A DNA stretch of 32,000 bases, from contig NC_004459.3 of NCBI RefSeq assembly GCF_000039765.1, positions 510,001-542,000 of the forward strand, written 5' to 3'. Source of the DNA: Vibrio vulnificus CMCP6. Lineage in GTDB: Bacteria > Pseudomonadota > Gammaproteobacteria > Enterobacterales > Vibrionaceae. A program made the position numbers and the translations under genes. Positions 28,935-32,000 of the stretch are shown here, piece by piece; within the stretch, counting starts at the first letter, position 1, and every line of letters starts with the position of its first letter. The notes below the pieces were generated by a model. It was not told the origin of the DNA. It was given only the letters and a program-made list of their open reading frames with translations, and made no database searches.

Positions 28935-29600
28935 CCACCAGATTGCTTAACCAAGTGTCAAATTAGCTTGGTGAACTATTATTTTCTTTCTGCAATCTAG
29001 AATCGTAAATGTCGCTTCATGCATCCGTTTTACGTACTAGCGTTTTTTGACGGGCGGATAATGCAGCCTAGCCACGCAAAAATCAATATGAAACTGCATA
29101 CTCAATTTTTGTATTTTTCACTATTTTTATACCATTTTTTAACATACAAACCAGAATCAAGAATCAAAAGCAGTTACATAAACCAAACAATTCCATTACA
29201 ACAAAATATATCGAAATATTTTGTTTTTCATTTCGCGTCAATTCTCTGTTAAACCAAGAGTGACAAGGCTTTTACTCTTTCCCCACGCCCCCTCCCTCAC
29301 TTACCTGTTGTGGATGAGAAATTCACAAGCGCCTTTTCGGATCCTTACCCTCCTCTCTTTGACTTCGTACTGTATAAACACACACATTGTTAACATTAAA
29401 ATTCTTTTCATTTAATCGTTTTCGTGAGATCGATCGCTCACTTTTTGAGCTCTTATTGCAAGCAAAATGTGATGGTGTGTTCAGTTTTAATCGAAATCTT
29501 CATCATACCGACACAAATGCGAAATCTATCATGGTTATGCTCGGAGAAACTGTGGTACTTAGTGACTGCACAAGCGCTGGTGATTTATGTGAGGTGGCTT

Positions 29601-29786
29601 ATGGATGGCTTTGAACTAGATGACTTACTGGATTTTGAAACAACAAGCACAACGAAAACGCGCTCTAAACCAGTAAAAAGGAAATGGCGTGAAATTGAGG
29701 CGATGCTTGACCGACGTAACTTACTCAAAGAGCTGCGTGATATGGACATGTGTCACGACTACTCACTGGAAGATATTAAGCTTTAA
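29601..29786 (+). CDS. DUF3545-like small protein (61 aa)
   Basis: MDGFELDDLLDFETTSTTKTRSKPVKRKWREIEAMLDRRNLLKELRDMDMCHDYSLEDIKL. The start at 29601 has an SD-like GAGGTGG; upstream ORF-track residues are probably not coding. Confidence 0.75.
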   Translation: MDGFELDDLLDFETTSTTKTRSKPVKRKWREIEAMLDRRNLLKELRDMDMCHDYSLEDIKL

Positions 29787-29825
29787 CCACATTAACGAAC
29801 AAAAAATAGCACTCTTACTCAACGA

Positions 29826-29856
29826 AAAAGGCACCTCTCACAGGTGCCTTTGTTTA
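29826..29856. terminator. Terminator between convergent DUF3545-like and hemerythrin-domain genes
   Basis: aaaaggcacctctcacaggtgcctttgttt hairpin. Confidence 0.8.
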
Positions 29857-29863
29857 TTTTGGG

Positions 29864-30415
29864 CTAGATCATCTCTTTTTCACTTTGCTGTACACGCTCT
29901 GCCAGTTGTCGGTAATGATCGGCAATGGTTTCACCAAAGACGGGATCGTCTTCATTAACCAGCCATTGCGATTCCACTTGTTGCCAATCTTGTGTGGTAA
30001 AAGACTCGGCGATCAATGGCAGAATCAAGCGCTCTTCAATGTCCAAATGTTGGCGTTGTGATGAGATAAACGCCTCTAACTGCTCAATGAACATCGCTTG
30101 TGGCACCACTGCATCGTTCAAAATCATATGCACCACGTCAGCAAAGGCTGCGGTTTTCTTCGCTAGTTCTTTGTGTTCAAGCTCTAAGTTTTCAATGGTT
30201 CTCTGCGCGCCGTAATGCTCTAAGTAATGGCGATAAAGGATGTCTTCTTTCGGATGGTGCACCTTCTCCGCATGATCAGATAAATAGCTGACAATCTCGG
30301 CGACCAAACTGTAGTTAATAGGTTGCTCATTTTTGAGCAACTCCACTTTATGACGCAGTATAGCGAGCATGCGCACAATGTAACCGTGTTCGCGTCTTAT
30401 CCGTTCAATCATCAT
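29864..30415 (-). CDS. Hemerythrin HHE-domain protein
   Basis: MMIERIRREHGYIVRMLAILRHKVELL...VSYLSDHAEKVHHPKEDILYRHYLEHYGAQRTIENLELEHKELAKK...RQHLDIEERLILPLIAESF: H/E-rich HHE motifs. Confidence 0.88.
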   Translation of the reverse strand: MMIERIRREHGYIVRMLAILRHKVELLKNEQPINYSLVAEIVSYLSDHAEKVHHPKEDILYRHYLEHYGAQRTIENLELEHKELAKKTAAFADVVHMILNDAVVPQAMFIEQLEAFISSQRQHLDIEERLILPLIAESFTTQDWQQVESQWLVNEDDPVFGETIADHYRQLAERVQQSEKEMI

Positions 30416-30526
30416 AGCGTTTCTCCTTAACACCTCATTTGTTGTAAGTGTATAAGATAGAACGCCATTCGGCTTAGATGTCGCTCAAAAAACCATCGCT
30501 TTCTACGAAATTACATTCAAATGTGC

Positions 30527-31207
30527 TTAGAGCGACAAAGGTAGTTGCCAGTCTATTGCTTGCTTTCCTTGATCAAGTAAATGTTGATTCGCTTGTGAAA
30601 AATGCTTACAGCCCAAAAAGCCGCGGTGAGCAGAAAGAGGGGATGGGTGTGGCGCGGTGAGAACCACATGCTTATGGCGATCAATAAAGCGGCCTTTTTT
30701 CTGTGCGTGCGATCCCCACAATAGGAATACCACACCTTGTTGGTGCTGATTGATCGCCTCAATCACTTTGTCAGTGAATGTTTCCCATCCTAATGAAGCG
30801 TGAGAATGCGCTTTGCCCTGCTCCACCGTAAGCACCGTATTGAGCAGCAATACGCCTTGTTTAGCCCAAGCTTCAAGGTAACCATGCGCCGGGATCTGAA
30901 AGCCCTGGATATCCTGCGCCAACTCTTTGTACATATTCACCAAAGAAGGAGGTGTCTTGATACCCGGTAATACTGAAAAACACAAACCATGAGCTTGGTT
31001 GGGGCCATGGTAAGGATCCTGTCCTAAGATCACCACTTTGACATCTTGAAACTCGGTATAACGAAAGGCATTGAAGACATCCTTTGCTGGAGGGTAAATC
31101 ACTTTGCCAGCTTGTCGCTCTGCTTCAACAAAGTTGAGTGTCTGTTGAAAATAGCTTTGCTCTTTTTCCGCACCAATTACATCGTGCCAAGTGAGTTGCT
31201 GTGTCAT
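30527..31207 (-). CDS. ung: Uracil-DNA glycosylase
   Basis: [24 protein letters not shown]...[25 protein letters not shown]...[11 protein letters not shown]...[23 protein letters not shown]: canonical family-1 UDG motifs. Confidence 0.97.
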   Translation of the reverse strand: MTQQLTWHDVIGAEKEQSYFQQTLNFVEAERQAGKVIYPPAKDVFNAFRYTEFQDVKVVILGQDPYHGPNQAHGLCFSVLPGIKTPPSLVNMYKELAQDIQGFQIPAHGYLEAWAKQGVLLLNTVLTVEQGKAHSHASLGWETFTDKVIEAINQHQQGVVFLLWGSHAQKKGRFIDRHKHVVLTAPHPSPLSAHRGFLGCKHFSQANQHLLDQGKQAIDWQLPLSL

Positions 31208-31281
31208 GGGGAGAATCCTATTGAAAACCATCAGGCGGTTATTCTATGTCAGGTCACTCCCCTAACCAAATTCATCACAGG

Positions 31282-31422
31282 CTATTGGTTTTTTTCGTGA
31301 CTTTGTGGGCTTTTTTGTGGCGTTCTTACATGCCCCTGCCCGGTAATATGACGGTTCGGTATTGGCCATCTTGCGACAGCACGAACAACGTAAGTGGAAT
31401 GGAACATCATGGTTGTAAACAT
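31282..31422 (-). CDS. Putative 46-aa small protein (hypothetical)
   Basis: Reverse strand reads cacAGGAGGatgccactATG..., then MFTTMMFHSTYVVRAVARWPIPNRHITGQGHVRTPQKSPQSHEKNQ. It has a perfect SD at 8-nt spacing and is below the ORF-track length cutoff. Confidence 0.4.
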   Translation of the reverse strand: MFTTMMFHSTYVVRAVARWPIPNRHITGQGHVRTPQKSPQSHEKNQ

Positions 31423-31508
31423 AGTGGCATCCTCCTGTGACAAACTCGATAAACACTATTGTTCTTGTTTGCTATGAAAGAAAGATGCCAATCTGATGAC
31501 AAAAAGCG

Positions 31509-32000
31509 CTAAGCGATTGAAGAGAGATGATATTTTCTCAACTGCTCAATTTCTTGCGGCCAAAGTTCAGGTTCAATAGTCTCTAAAATCAATGGGATAG
31601 AATCAAAACGGCTGTCTTTCGCAATGTATTCAAAACAGTCCCAGCCAATTTCACCTTTCCCTAGGGCATGGTGCCTATCCACCTTACTGGCTAATTTTAC
31701 TTTTGAATCATTAATATGCATTGCACGTAAATAGTGCATTCCGACCACACGTTCAAACTCAGCGAAGGTCGTCTCACACGCCTCAGGAGTTCGCAGATCA
31801 TAGCCTGCGGCAAAGGTGTGGCAAGTATCCAAACAAACCCCAACTCGACTCTTATCTTCAACCTGCTCAATGATTTCTGCAAGGTGCTCAAATCGCCAAC
31901 CTAAGTTGGAACCTTGTCCGGCCGTGTTTTCTATCACCGCCACCACATCAGGTACCGCTTGATGCGCTAAGTTGATCGATTCTGCGATTAAAGACAAACA
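31509..32000 (-). CDS. nfo: Endonuclease IV, C-terminal part; gene truncated by the window edge
   Basis: [52 protein letters not shown]...[26 protein letters not shown]...PLILETIEP: AP endonuclease family 2 signatures. Confidence 0.96.
   Translation of the reverse strand, partial: CLSLIAESINLAHQAVPDVVAVIENTAGQGSNLGWRFEHLAEIIEQVEDKSRVGVCLDTCHTFAAGYDLRTPEACETTFAEFERVVGMHYLRAMHINDSKVKLASKVDRHHALGKGEIGWDCFEYIAKDSRFDSIPLILETIEPELWPQEIEQLRKYHLSSIA

Noticed and set aside
29019-29252. 77-aa ORF in the AT-rich region after the alanine symporter.
   Set aside because: Composition follows AT-rich intergenic DNA, with no SD and no domain resemblance.
29281-29296. G-rich minus-strand tract (GGGAGGGGGCGTGGGG), considered as a G-quadruplex.
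   Set aside because: Only three G-runs of three or more, so no canonical three-tetrad quadruplex is supported.
29370-29385. LexA-like CTGTATAAACACACAC sequence.
   Set aside because: The second half-site is ACAC rather than ACAG, it is a single imperfect match, and it sits far from the next start codon.
1-32000. Looked for mobile elements, prophage genes, CRISPR repeats, toxin-antitoxin or defence modules and rRNA/tRNA genes.
   Set aside because: None seen. Nearly all coding capacity is conserved core gene content in the expected Vibrio order, so a novel multi-gene system is not supported.

Overview
This window is a housekeeping segment of a Vibrio-type chromosome. Gene order and protein similarity both resemble the V. 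cholerae chromosome 1 murJ-to-nfo neighbourhood. Gene order is: murJ (5' end only, minus), rpsT (plus), hlyU (minus), nhaR (minus), nptA-like Na/Pi cotransporter (plus), a DUF1704/QEGLA-motif putative metalloprotease (plus), thyA-lgt-TSUP permease-ptsP-rppH (minus cluster), mutH (plus), a DUF6482-like gene (minus), tas-like aldo/keto reductase (plus), a DUF1127-like gene (minus), vpsR (minus), lysS and prfB (minus; prfB has the programmed +1 frameshift), recJ-dsbC-xerD (minus), fldB (plus), brnQ (minus), trmN6 and srmB (plus), yaaA (minus), a Na/alanine symporter (minus), a DUF3545-like gene (plus), a hemerythrin-domain gene (minus), ung (minus) and nfo (truncated by the window edge, minus). 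I see no prophage, transposon, CRISPR array, defence island or clearly new multi-gene system. The strongest non-coding signal is the unusually large rppH-mutH intergenic region. It holds a cluster of DnaA boxes followed by eight GATC sites. It is in the same gene context as the E. coli DARS2 DnaA-reactivating locus, so I interpret it as a Vibrio DARS2-like element. Secondary leads are two short unannotated ORFs with good ribosome-binding sites (46 aa and 35 aa), a VpsR lacking the sigma54 GAFTGA loop, and the MATCAP-like peptidase. All calls come from reading the sequence by eye; no searches were run.
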